A stretch of 64,000 bases of DNA, taken from assembly GCF_036588685.1 (NCBI RefSeq), contig NC_086375.1, forward strand, positions 5,022,001-5,086,000. Direction: 5' to 3'. Of this stretch, positions 13,275 through 26,780 are shown piece after piece. The position numbers and the translations under genes are program-made. The stretch is from Mytilus trossulus. Taxonomy: Eukaryota. Numbering within the stretch: position 1 is the first letter of the stretch; each line of letters begins with the position of its first letter. The notes below the pieces were generated by a model that worked only from the letters and a program-made list of their open reading frames with translations, was not told where the DNA came from and did not search any database.

Positions 13275-14459
13275 TTTTGTTGTTTTGTGATTTCTCAGGA
13301 ACTTTTTCAATGGTTAGATAATTTATGATGACTCATGCGGGTATATTTTTTATTTTCACATATTTTGTACTGTTATCAGAAAAGCAGCGATATTACAAAG
13401 GCAGCCTTATCGTGAACCATGACTCGTTACTTGAGAGTTAAATGGTAATTTGAACACATTTTCCATGCCACTGAACTGGCATTTTCTGACAACATTGTTT
13501 AAACAAGTTTATATTCATGTCACCAGTCCAGATATTCTATTTTTGGGTGGTCCATATTTACAGTAAATACCAAAAAATCAATAATTAAAGTATTAAATTA
13601 TTTTGAATTCCTCCATTTGTTAAGACATTTATGTAAGATAATAGAGAATTATTATCATGATTATTGTTCTCAATTTGGCATGTGCGAGGTTGATTTTTAA
13701 TGCTAAATGTTTTAATTGGTAAATCATCCAAATGTTTAAAAATAGTGTGAAAATTGAATGTGTATTTAAGTAAATTTTGAATGCTACGAGATGCCATGTA
13801 ATTTTTGTATGTACATATTATCTTTGCATGCTTTTCATATTTGTTTATTGATAACAAAACTCAGGGAGATTATTATATCATTTTTTTAATGTATAAATGT
13901 GTTTGTTAAATTTTCATAGTTTTGATCTATATATAACATTGTTGAGCCTATAATCCAGCGTTCTCAGGTAGAGGAAAGAAATTCTTGATCGAATTTGCCC
14001 GATAATCCATAATATGCAAATGAGTCGATTGTCAATCGTAACATGCTACATATCCAATTTTGTAGAAAAACAATTTTATATTTCATTAAGAGCGATGTAA
14101 TCGAATTTAGAAATGAAATCACAATCCTATAGCTGGTTATATTGATTTATATGCATTTTTGTTTCATTACTATACTATTGCTCAAAAGGATTGGAAAATG
14201 ATTTCATCGTTTTCTACTCTGACGCCATCTTTCAAGAATTGGTTCTTAAGTATTTTATACATGCTCACTTCAATGTAAAATCCTTCTATTATTCATATCT
14301 TATTATCTTGATGTTATTCACCAAAGTACCTCTATATTAAGAGTCTACCTCATGTGTTTGTTGGACGTATTATTATTGTTTTATTGATTTGAAATCAAAT
14401 GCATGCTTTGTGTATATATATTAATATTATAGAATAATTTTACAATCAACTTGGACAAT

Positions 14460-14585
14460 CTTGTGCTGTTAAATTTATCTCTAAGAAACTCTTGTGCTGT
14501 TAAATTTACCTCTTAGAAACTCTTGTGCTGTTAAATTTACCTCTAAGAAACTCTTGTGCTGTTAAATTTACCTCTAAGAAACTAG
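14460..14585. repeat. 31-bp tandem repeat x4 within probable 3'UTR
   Basis: cttgtgctgttaaatttacctctaagaaact repeated. Confidence 0.9.
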
Positions 14586-15669
14586 TGCTCTACTTCACAA
14601 CAGATTTACTAAAAATTCAATCCATTTTGGGATGTTACTTTGCTTTTTGTTTTCTTCAGATTTACATTCAAATATATATGTTTAAATTTCTTTTAACTTT
14701 TGATTTCCATCAACTGTAAATTAACTGAAAATATTAGTTATATGTACCATGCATACGTGTACTAATGTGTACACATGATTTGAGTCTAAACTGGTTTTTT
14801 TTTGTACAATGTTTTAAATTTTTACTTGTTATCATTTTATCCTCTTTTTAACCCCTTAATTTACATACGAATATATTGTGACCCCTAAATTTACATACCA
14901 ATATATTGTGATATCTTTTATTTACTGCAGCAGCTGACTTGGATGGAGTTCTGTTCATTCATCATCCAGTCCACAATCTCAGTTATAAACAAAACGTTTG
15001 AAATAGGCCAGTATTCATTCAGATTTATTTTTACTAATATTATAATTCCATAAATTCAGATATATTGTAAAAAAATATTTTTTGTCTTTCTTTGTTTTCG
15101 TTCGGAAATGAATTTAATAGTCAGATATCATGAGTAACATGAACTTTGAAATTTAAAAATCGATTCAAAATATTTAAAACATCAGATTTTGACAAACATT
15201 CGAATATTTATAAGAATGTAAAATTACTTTTTAACAATAGTACTACCTCAATAGTGGTATCAGGTAATTCAAATCATTTTTTTTTTTTCAAAACTGAGGA
15301 GGTTAATGATTCTTTTGTTATGACAGGGAGGATGCGAAAAGAGTACCCCCACTTTTCTTGATACAAGAAATTATGATATTTCTTTCAATGTAAATTTGAA
15401 TCATATGTTACAACTCAGATGAGAGAAAACTCTAAACAAAAACGTTCTATCACTCCTACTTTTACGAAGATAAGAAAATGGTTTAGTGTCTGATTTCAAT
15501 GTATAAATGTATGAAGATAGTGCTATATATATTATATTTTACAATGCGTGCGTGTTGGTCAACTGTCTATACTTTCTACCTCGATATCATTTTAATCATT
15601 TTAATGTGTCTTCATTTATTGGTGCATTACCATATATCCAACTGTTGGACGAATATTTTGGTAAATTTT

Positions 15670-15675
15670 AATAAA
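15670..15675 (+). terminator. Candidate polyadenylation signal of the giant-like gene (implies ~2.4 kb 3'UTR)
   Basis: AATAAA at the end of a long AU-rich, transposon-poor stretch. Confidence 0.4.
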
Positions 15676-15978
15676 AATGTTTTACAAAAATGAAAACCAT
15701 GACTCATTGATCAGTATCTGGTTTATACAGTTTGTCCGGAGTTCATGACCTTGTGCAGTCAATATGGCCGCCTGAGGTCATTCAGTTGTGTGCTTTATGA
15801 GATTTTCCAGTGCTGTTTCAGTAAACATCGTATCAGATAAAGAATCGAGGCATTACTTACAAAGGTGATTAGCGGACTGCAACCATCAATAAAATTGATT
15901 AGTCACGTGATTTGGAGAACATGTGTCCACCATTGATTATTTAGAAAACCACTTTATCCCCGCCACGTCTAACAAGGC

Positions 15979-15993
15979 AGGTCAAAATGACCT
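15979..15993. promoter_or_regulatory. Perfect IR3 palindrome (consensus estrogen response element)
   Basis: AGGTCA-AAA-TGACCT, near GTCACGTGA (15902) and other AGGTCA half-sites. Confidence 0.4.
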
Positions 15994-16925
15994 AGCGTCA
16001 ATATAATTACACTTTTTACACATTTTAGTCTCGAAATAGCTCAATAATTGATAAAACAGGATTTTTTTAGTTAATAATATTTTCACGACGTTAATTACAT
16101 GGTTTATGTTAGGAAATGGAGAGATGAATGTTTAGATTTAAAATATATGTTCATTATTTTATTAAGTTTAAGAAGGTGATTTTTGTATGGACAACTTTTA
16201 AAACTAACTAATTTTGAATTTTGTGACATTAAGCTGGGGAATAATTTAGAAATTGAAGGACCGAACATTTTAAAACTCTACTGTCCCTTCCCAAAACCAC
16301 AGAATATCGAATGGTTGTCCCCTTAGCAATAAAAAATAGAATCATTACATTTGGTATGTACGTACCTAATATTGTATAAGTACATATCGTATAACAATTT
16401 AAATTCATGTAAATCAGTCAGATTGTTGAGCATGCACCATAAATTGATTATCTAATACTGAAAAGAACAATGACGAAGTGGAAAAACGATTATTTTTAGA
16501 ATAAGAATAGTTTTAAAAAGATCATTGAATCATAATTACTAAATAAGGAACGGTTGTGTATACGTGTGAATGAACTTAGGGTCAGTTTAAACGTGCTAAC
16601 TTTAATTAGCAAAAAAATCACAAGTCTATTTACACTTGAGTAAAAGAACCATTAATGTTAGAGAAAATAAAAATGATAACAAAAACTTGTTGAGACATTT
16701 CAAATATTGTTTTGCTAATAAATCAATGGACAATAACAAGGATAGTATTTAATAATGAAAAATTGATTTCAAGTACAAACCTCAAATAAAATATCTATAG
16801 CGATTATAGTTACATAGGAAGAAAAAATTGAAATTCAACAAACAATTTTATTCACAATAAGTTTCGTATAAAAAAAAAGATGAAGGTATACAGGATCGGT
16901 CATTCGGGAGGGGTGTTGGTGCCAA

Positions 16926-16960
16926 CAAGGATTTGTATAGTTAGACTATACAAATCCTTG
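16926..16960. mobile_element. 35-bp palindromic mini-MITE with P-element-like CAAGG...CCTTG ends
   Basis: 16-bp perfect arms caaggatttgtatagt / actatacaaatccttg around TAG; flanks GTGCCAA / GTGTCAA. Confidence 0.55.
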
Positions 16961-17488
16961 GTGTCAACGTATATTTGTTCCACCTAACATACCTTGCAGA
17001 AGTTCCAGTGGAAACTTTGTTATAAACAATGTCATAATACCTGTACCAGTTGGAACAAATATTCTATACTATTTATTCTGTTAGGAACATTTACTGTAAT
17101 ATTTATTCCCCTGGAAATAATATTCCAGAATATTTTTTCCTTCGTGACATTGGATAGGGTACAATAAAGAGTTTCCCCGAAAGGATACATTTCGTGTTAT
17201 TTATTTAGAAGAGGAGCAACCGTTGTTGCCCTTTGCTTAAAACAAATCATTGAAAAACAAAACGTGTATTAGGAGGGAAAAGGAAAAGCACAGAACCTCT
17301 CCCTACACACACTAAAGCATGATTCGAGTTCGAGTTTACTGGAATCGAATGTTAATTTAGCTGATTCTTACAATGTACTCTAGAGAACAACAGAGCGAAA
17401 TCTAAATGTTTTGGAATTGTATGTGACCGTCTATTTTCACTGAAAAGATAACATTTTAGTTTAGGAGCCAATGGGCTTATTAACAATC

Positions 17489-17606
17489 CGGGGTGCGGGA
17501 TTTCCCGCGGCTGTGTAGTAGACCCATTTGTGGCCTTCGGCTGTTTTCTGGTTTTGGTCGGGTTGTTGTCTGTTTGACAACTTCGCCAGCTTATTATCTT
17601 AATTTT
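17489..17606 (+). mobile_element. Family A 3' tail, diverged, tail-to-tail with the copy at 17742
   Basis: Similar to 64-180. Confidence 0.65.
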
Positions 17607-17741
17607 GCTATGATATTTATAAATTGCAAGGAAAAACAGGTCTAAATGAAATTTAGATACTTTAATAGAGTCGAGGTAACATGGAGATTTGTATTCGTAA
17701 GTTGCATGATTTTTATCCGCCGTTACGGATTCAGAGTTATA

Positions 17742-18813
17742 ATAAAATTGAGAAAGGAAATGGTGAATATGTCAAAGCGACAACCACCCGACCATAGAGC
17801 AAACAACAACCGAAGGCAACCAATGGGTCTCCAATGTAGCGAGAATTCCCGCACCCGTAGGTGTCCTTCAGCTGGCCCCTAAAATTATGCATAATAGTAC
17901 AGTGATAATGGACGTCATACTAAACTCCGAATTATTCACAGGAAACTAAAATTGAAAATCATACAAGACTAACAAAGGCCAGAGGCTCCTGACTTGGGAC
18001 AGGCGCAAAATTGTTTATGAGATCTCAACCCTCCCCCTATACCTCTAGCCAATGTAGAAAAGTAAAAGAATAACAATACGCACATTAAAATTCAATTCAA
18101 GAGAAGTCCGAGTCCGATGTCAAAAGATGTAACAAAAGAAAATAAATAAGATGACAATAATACATAAATAACAACAGACTACTAGCAGTTAACTGACATG
18201 CCAGCTCCAGACCTCAATTAAACTGATTGAAAGATTATGTCTTCATCATATGAATATCAGGTACAATCCCTCCCGTTAGGGGTTTAGTATCATACTATCA
18301 TAAAATATATGAGAAAAAAACATAACCCGTGTCATGCCAACAACTGTTTTTTTTTTTGTTTTTTTTTTTTTTTAGAAATAAATGTGTAGGTCCGATGCAA
18401 AGACCCTATCAGTGAATCAATGTTAAAGCCAAAATATGCAATCTTTAATGACCTGACAACAGTATCGTAACTATATCCCCTTTTATTAAGTCTATTTAAA
18501 GGTTTTGTTAGTTTCTGATGAGAATACTGACATTTTTGTGCTTTATAAAGAATATTTCCATAAAAAATTGGATGTGAAATACCTGAACGTATAAGATGTC
18601 TGCATGTTGAATTATATTTACGAATTATTTCCTTATACCGGTGATAAAATTTAGTAAATGTTTTAACCAGTTTGTGATATCGAAAACCCTGGTGTAATAA
18701 TTTTTCAGTAATACATAAATTTCTCTCGCTAAAATCTAATACGTTGTTACATACACGAGCGAATCGTACAAGTTGAGATATATAAACACCATAAGATGGT
18801 GACAAGGGAACGT
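17742..18813 (-). mobile_element. 5'-truncated Penelope-like retroelement (Naiad-type): RT thumb/C-terminus plus long 3' region
   Basis: Translation VPLSPSYGVYISQLVRFARVC...LLHQGFRYHKLVKTFTKF; no GIY-YIG after the RT; colinear with 42035-42900. Confidence 0.8.
18243..18314 (-). promoter_or_regulatory. Type II SECIS-like hairpin in the retroelement 3'UTR
   Basis: Minus strand: tcatat-atttt-ATGAT-agtatgatact-AAA-cccctaacggga-gggattgtacc-TGAT-attc-atatga; helix I, GA quartet, 11-bp helix II, AAA, mini-stem. Confidence 0.7.
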
Positions 18814-19731
18814 TATAAGCATAATTGTTATTGACAATCTTTATTGCAAAATTAATAGTATTTAGCACTGAGCGCAACTAGTCTAATTTGTGGAAGATTT
18901 TATGCAAAAAAGAGGATATTTTTCCGACTAAGGGGAGATTCGGCCTCTATGTTATGACTCTTAATTCTGTTACTGTATTATAAAATTCATACTGAACACA
19001 CTTGTCAAGTATGTTCAATATATTAATGCACACGCTATGCTGGTTGAGAAACGGAATTCCAACGATACAAAGAAAAACGAGTTTGGACGGAATTTGAGCA
19101 GAATAAAATATCATTCGTTTGCATCTATTATCACATTTACAACAATAGTAATATGTTATTGTAATCACACTACCATCTGTTCCGTGATCTTTGTGATGTT
19201 TTAAGTAAGGACAGGTTTTCATACCCCATTAAAGCTTGAAGTTAACCGAGTTCAATGTTATATACACCCACCGAGGTAACAAGTGTTATGATTTGTATTG
19301 AATCATTTTATTGCACCACATAACTATAAAGTATGATAAATCATCCGTGATCTAAATACGGAAAATACACACAATATCGATAAGGGCATTAAATCATGTT
19401 ATCCATGGAGGTTTAAATCGGTCAGATCAATGAAATAGTTCGTTATTACGTTGATATGTACTGGTATGGTAAAGAAATCCATGTCGTATCTGTAGTCGTT
19501 TTTAAATGAAAAAAACCGGTTGTAATTTTGGTGCGTTCGACGAGCTGTTTTATAGATTCCTTGGTGGAGAAAGCCCAAATCTTGAAAATTGAAATCAAAG
19601 GATGTATAAGAATTTGAAAACGTGACGAGCTATATGACAAATAAGGCGCAGACATATAAACGTGGTGGGGTAAACCGTAACCATGTTACTGTTTGTGATG
19701 AATCCTCCTCCCCTGATCTGCAACAGTTGTG

Positions 19732-19805
19732 CAACATTACAACATTACAACATTACAACATTACAACATTACAACATTACAACATTACAACATTACAACA
19801 TTACA
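19732..19805. repeat. (CAACATTA)n microsatellite, ~9 units
   Basis: Direct observation. Confidence 0.95.
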
Positions 19806-22621
19806 GTATTAACAACATTACCACAAACGAAAAACAAATATGATATAAAGTAAAAACGACAACCTCTGAATATAAGGCTCGTGGCTTGGGACAGGCACAT
19901 ACCAAATGTGGTATATTTACTTCGTTTGTTAGTTTCTTGTTTGAACTTGTTATACATTTTGATGTCGGGGTCTTTTATAGCTTGCTACTCGGTATGAGTT
20001 TCACGCATTGTTGAAGGTCGTAAGGCTACCTATATTTGCTTATACATGCATCTATCAACTTTTAGTTGTTTTTCTAATTTTGTAACGTTACACAAGTGTT
20101 ACAGATCATGGAATGATTGAATTCTCACAAACTTGTTTTTGATTAACCCCACCACATTATTTATATTTCAGGCAGGAAACATGTGTTGTCAATGGTTGAC
20201 ATACATGTATCTGTTGTTTGATTTTTATCAGCTTAGTTTTCTCTTGTAATGTTTTGACCCTTGTTAAACTTTAATTAGAAATCGTTTATATACAGATTAC
20301 CGCACGATACATGGGCCATTTGTAGCCACACACCGGTCCTCTGTTATTCAATATTATCCAATACGACCTGTCACATATTTTGTTCTATCCGCAATGAGTC
20401 ACACGATAGGTGCAAATCTGAGTGGAGCAGGAACGGCTTAACTTTCCAGAATAAACGAGATTATTCTTGGTTTTGTAAGTGGCAATAAGTCTTTTGTTTT
20501 TGACAAGTGTTTTGTAGACTGTTGCCTGTTTGGTATTTTTCTTTTGGTCGTATTTTTGTCTGTTTTTGTTTTAATTTGATTTATGGTCTTTGATTGTACA
20601 CTGGTTTTCTTCACCCTCTTTTAAATTTGCAAAAAAATCGTTACGCCAGAATTACCAATACCCCACTGAAAGGTTGATTTGTTTCAAAAGTACAACGAAT
20701 ATATACTGCAAAATTACAAAATTTTACTGTGTTTCTTTTTTTAAGTTCTATAGCTCCTTGACTGTGTTTCTTTTTTTAAGTTCCATAGCTCCTTGAAAGA
20801 ATTTAAGATATCAAAGTCTAAATTCAATCCATGCGTGTTATGTTATTGCTGTGTACTGGTCATGTTTATAATTTTATCGGTAATACCACTGATAAGAATT
20901 TCTCTGAACTTTTATCATAATTCAAAACTGATGGAAACAATGAGTTTCGATGCAACAGGTTTTTTTCTTCTTCAAATATTGAACTGATATCTTCAAACGA
21001 CATAAACATGTAACCAGTGCTGTTTTGACAACGATTTGGTACGAGTTATCTCTCCTTTTTTGCGTGAAAATTTCACTCGGTTTCATTGTTTAAAGATATT
21101 CGTAGGTTATTTACTCCCCTAAATTTTGTTAGTTACTTTTTTAGGAAAGAAAATAGAACAATTATATCAAATTTTAACAACAATTAAAAGTTATCAAATT
21201 ACTTAACAGAAGAAAATGAAAATCTTAAATTTCCGTGTTACATGACCCGTGTTCGGTACTAAATTTAATTCTAATTGTGTTTGACATTGAAAATAGGGTT
21301 CGAGGTTCACTTTTGTAATTTTTTTACATCACAAATATTGTCCCGCAGAGTGGAAAATTAAAATGGTTACAAAACACTTAATTTCCTTGTCATTTTATTT
21401 CAATGTCAATCGCCACACATCAATGAATATATTAAAGTCGTTATATTCCCCTCAGAACGAGAAGATTATAGCCCACTGTATACGATTATAATATTACCAA
21501 CTAATAGAAACATTTTAAAGTTATTTTTATCAAATATGGGAAGTGTCATCTTCTCATAAAATTTCATATGCTAGTTTACATTAATTAACTGCTGTGTCCA
21601 TTAAAACATTTTTGAATTTCATTCATGTAATTCGCCGAAAGCTTAATACTTGAATATTCATTTAAAATTTAGTCTAAATATTTCCAGTATAAATTTATTT
21701 CTTTTCTAAAAGCCCTCTATGATTTGAAAAAAGAAATCCGAACTCCAGTCTCTGGACCAGGCAGATTAGAATGGAAAAGTATGATTCTTAGTTATGTCCA
21801 ATATTTTTGTTATCAATTACATTTTTAAAAATAAATTTTGACATAAAAAGGGTTTTAGGTGCACAATTTATAGAAAACAAATTGCCTTAAAAGTCAACCT
21901 AACAATGTAAGAGTTGATCTGATTCATTGCTTACTTCCTGATTGGAGTTGGAACTTTTACATATATAATTCGTCTAAATAACAGCCCAACAAAGGTAGAT
22001 CTGTAAATTTGTGTAAGCAAATTATTGTTCTTCCTTGGCGCAATTCGAAATACATGCTACTGAGATATCGTGACACCGAAGCGCCTTGCACTATGCCCAG
22101 AGCGGGCCGGGTGATAGTTTTACGCAATACATTTTCCCCCCGTCACCCGGCATATGAAATATGGTTTATATATATAAGTCTGAATATTACAACCAATTCA
22201 ACTCTAAGAAGTAATAAAGTTTTACACAATTCTAAATAATTACGATTTTAAATATTTACACAAGAAAACCATTTTAAATGTTTTTATCAATTCTCATTAA
22301 ATATTTATAAAGTATATTGTGGTCATTGAACATATCTTACATATAACATGTAATTTTCCGTTTCCTTAATGTAAATTATTTGTTATCAATTAGTAACGAA
22401 TAATAGAGTAGAGGTTTCCTTGTTTTTTCATGTTTTTAATGAAGCTAGTTTCTATGATCTTTAAAATCCTTTCCAACAAACATGCATAACTGTTTAATAT
22501 TGAAAGCAGACAATCTAGCTAGCTTAGACCAGAACACGTTAGCTATAACCAATTATGAAGGAAAACATCTGTACAGAGGCAAATTTGCTTATTTTTATGT
22601 TTATTGATTGCAAACCCAAAT

Positions 22622-22830
22622 ATTGATTGATTGATTGATCGATTGGTGGTGTTTGGCGCCACTTTAAGCGCTATTGGAACAGTTAGATCAGTTTTTTTTT
22701 ATTGGTGATTGAAGCCGGAGTGCCCGGAATGCATCGATTTTCGAAAAAGAAAATCAGCAATCCTAGTCTATTATAAGATTGAAGTACAATGCACCTTGCG
22801 CATGCGTTATTGAAACTCACAACCTCCGTC
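22622..22830 (-). mobile_element. Decayed SINE-like element with (ATCA)n tail
   Basis: (attg)n followed by ttttattggtg...gaagccggagtgcccgga, resembling bivalve SINE cores. Confidence 0.4.
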
Positions 22831-24221
22831 AGCTTTGACAGGCTAATTTTGCAGTAGATGAATTGTATATGGTCCGCTCGACCAACAAAACCCTGAATTT
22901 CCGAGGAAAGAACAATTTATAAAAAAAAATCGCATACAGTTTAATTTTAACTCTCTCGAATTCTTCTTGCAATTTAGCTGGTTCCGATCACTTTTATAAA
23001 CTTTTGACAAAGCACTCATTGATGAAATTATCATGTGGCATTTCCCGCCAAAATAGGAATATATCTTACACTTGAATTTTCTCGTTTTTTAGGACATTTC
23101 ATTTAATCATTCAAGAATATATACTACAACTTTAATCCAATTAATGTTATTTACCAACTGTCGATAGCTATATTCATCGCCTATAGTAGACGAAGGGGTT
23201 CTATATAACCATGTATCATATAAGTCAGAAGTTATCGTTTTTTAATGCGACACCTTTTTGTTTTTCGTGCGTTGTTTCAATTTCTGTATCATTTTGTCTC
23301 TTGCTGAGAGTTGTCTCGTTGTCAATAATACCACATCTTCTTTTTTATATATATTTAAAACAATCAAAATGAAGATTCTTCTATGAAGAACTATTAAATA
23401 TTCTGTCATTTTTTATTCTAAACGATTAATACAGCAGATACATATGTTTTAACTTCGTGTTTTTATAAAAAAGAAGAATGAGATGTTAATTAGATCGACA
23501 GCTGCTTTCTATAAATGTTTTAATAAATTTGTCACTTCTCATTAAATTTCATATTTTAATTACACTTCCAAGCATTCCTTTCTGTGAAGAAAGTATGAAA
23601 GAAAAACCACAACTACTTGATAACATCATTTTAAATGAATATTAAACCATTGATTGATGCGTTATCAAAACATCACAATTATATTTTTGTATAGTGACAC
23701 ACGCTGGACGCCCTACACGTGCCCCGAGTCTGACCACATATTTACACATCACCTGTCCGTTCCTATTAAAAAAACGCAGGTGCGATAAGCAGAAAAGAGG
23801 CAGTGTGGTCTTTTGGGGACAAAATGACCTGAGGTTACTCCAATCTAGAATTTTAAAGCATATTTAACTACTTTTTATTGACTATGATATATTACAATCT
23901 TTTTGAATCTAAAAATATAGATGCGCGGTCTCATTTGATGTACAGCAAAGCACATGGTGTTCAGTATGACAAAGGACTGGTCATTTTTTTTTATTAAGAA
24001 GGGAGACGAAGGAAATATTTTATTTTTTTTTATTGCAAAGTACCCACCTTCAAAAAAAGGAATCCCCTTCGAAAGACATAAACAAAATTACACCCCCTTT
24101 TAACCCTATCTTTCAATACCTTTATACAGCAGTTTGTGTGAGACATGGAAGTTATCCATATAAAAAGTTATGCCTGCTAGGGTCACACTTACATATTCTT
24201 CAACATGATTAACAATTAATA

Positions 24222-24370
24222 CGATAGACGTGAGTTTCATCTGCAAAAGACTCATCAGTGACGCTGGAATAAAAAAAGCTTAAAAGGCGAAGAAAAGTAA
24301 GAAGTTAAAGAGCTCTCCCGACAACAATTCCAAAAGGCTTTGCTAAATACAACTGCAACATCTTTTCCTG
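24222..24370 (-). ncRNA. Degenerate retrozyme fragment with hammerhead motif (24222-24264)
   Basis: Minus strand gcgtca-CTGATGA-gtcttttgcagat-GAAA-ctcacg-TC; flank similar to 63060-63180; stem I disrupted. Confidence 0.6.
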
Positions 24371-24454
24371 GGACTCTGAACATTATTTTCTAGTGGCAAT
24401 AAAACAAAGTTGCATATTAGTAGGAATCTAATAAAAAAAATAACGATAATTTTT

Positions 24455-26320
24455 CTTCACGGAAGATTAAAGATTGCGACCTCACCAACGGTGAAAGATA
24501 TAATACTACCTCCCAAATTAGTTAGAATGATACATCACGAAAGATTAAAGAATGCATTCTAACTCAGCAACGTTAAAAGATTGCTGCCACACAAAGATTA
24601 AAGATTGCTACCTCACGATCGTTGTAAATTGCTACCTCACGATCGTTATAAATTGCTATCTCACGATCGTTGAAATTTTGCTACCCACGAACATTGAAAA
24701 TTGCTGCCACAGGAACACTAAACGATTGCTGCCTCACGAACATTGAAAGATTGCTGCATCACGACTATTTAAAGATTGCTGCCTCACGAAACATTAAAAA
24801 TGGATACATCTCGAACCTTGAAAATTGTAACTTTACGATCTTTTACAGATTGCTACCTCAGGAACGTTTAAAAATTTCTGCCTCACGAACACTGAAAGAT
24901 TGCTGCCTCACGAACATTGAAAGATTGCTGCCTCACGACCATTGAAAGATTGCTGCCTCACGACCATTGAAAGATTGTTGCCTCACGAACGATGAAAGAT
25001 TGCTGCCTCACGAACGTTGAAAGATTGCTGCCTCACGAACGTTGAAAGATTGCTACCTTAAGAACATTGAAAAACTGCTACCTCACGAACATTGAAAAAT
25101 TTCTGCCTCACGAACGTTGAAAGATTGCTGCCTCACCAAAATTGAAAGATTGCTGCCACACGAACATTGAAAGATTGCTGACTCAGGAACATTAAAAATT
25201 GCTGCATCACGACCATTGAAAGATTGATGCCTCACGAACATTGAAAGATTGCTGCCTAACGAACGTTCAAAGATTGCTGCCTCACAAACATTGAAAGATT
25301 ACTGCCTCTCGACCATTGAAAGATCGCTGCCTCACGAAAATTGAAAGATTGCTGCCTCACGAACATTGAAAGATTGCTGCCTCACGAACATTGGAAGATT
25401 GCTACCTCACGAACATTGAAAGATTGCTGCCTCACGAACATTGAAAGATTGCTGCCTCACGAACAATGAAAGATTGCTGCCTCACGAACAATAAAAGATT
25501 GCTGCCTCACGAACATTGAACGATTGCTGCCTCACGAAAAATGAAAGATTGCTACCTCAGGAACATTGAATGATTACTGCCGCACGAACAATGAAAGATT
25601 GCTGCCTCACGAACAATGTAAGATTGCTGCCTCAAGAACATTGAAAGATTGCTGCCTCAAGAAGATTGAACGATTGCTGCTTCACGAACAATGAAAGATT
25701 GCTGCCTCACGAACAATGAAAGATTGCTGCCTCACGAACGTTGAACGATTGCTGCCTCACGAACAATGAAAGATTTCTACCTCAGGAACATTGAACGATT
25801 ACTGCCTCACGAAAAATGAAAGATTGCTACCTCAGGAACATTGAACAATTGCTGCCTCACGAAAGATGAAAGATTGCTACATCTCGAACTTTGAAAATTG
25901 CAACCTGACAAGCGTTTAAAGATTGCTACCTCACGAAAGATATTAATTGCTCATACAAACTTTGAAAGATTGCTGCCTCACGAAAGATGAAATATTATTA
26001 CCTCACAAACAATGAAAGATTGTAACCTCACAAGCGATGAAAAATTGCTGCCTCACGAAAGATGAAATATTATTACCTCACAAACGATGAAAGATTGTTA
26101 CCTCACAAGCGATGAAAGATTGCTGCCTCACGAAAGATGAAATATTATTACCTCACAAACGATGAAAGATTGTTACCTCACAAGCGATGAAAGATTGCTG
26201 CCTCACGAAACATGAAATATTATTACCTCACAAACGATGAAAGATTGTTGCCTCACATACAATGACATATTTAATACTATATAACAAAGGACGAAAAATT
26301 GCTACCTCACAAACGATTGA
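24455..26320. repeat. Satellite array, 25-bp unit
   Basis: gaaagattgctgcctcacgaacatt; degenerate edges; 75-bp trimer at 25965-26260. Confidence 0.95.
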
Positions 26321-26780
26321 TGGGTCCATGATATCATACTTTCGCAAGAAAGTAAAATGTAAATAAAATGCACTTTCTGTAGAACGTTTTTGTCAAAGTG
26401 AACCTTTTTAGTACAAAATGTACATAATTTGAGAGCATGTCAAGGTAATGTGTATTACGACAAATATATATTGACCGGAGGCCTATGGTCAGTTACATGG
26501 TCATTTAGTTGATAAGTTTTATTGTGGTCACTTAGTTATGACAATGTTTCAACTGGCCATTATCTCTATTTATCATCACCTCATGTTTTATGTAAAAGTC
26601 ATAAAGATATGGTCCGCTCATGTAATTTACCTTAAAATGACACGAAAATAGTTACACGCTAAAATAGCGAACGAATAATTAGATAACTTGTCAGCAAGTA
26701 TTTGTTCCTCTTCATAAATGTTCCCCTTACTGTTTAAAATCTTATTTTTTATACATATATATTGATTGTTTGATTGCATA

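Noticed and set aside
18332-18877. 181-aa ORF as an intact gene
   Set aside because: Truncated RT C-terminus fused to flanking sequence, no ATG, poly-K tail from a T-run
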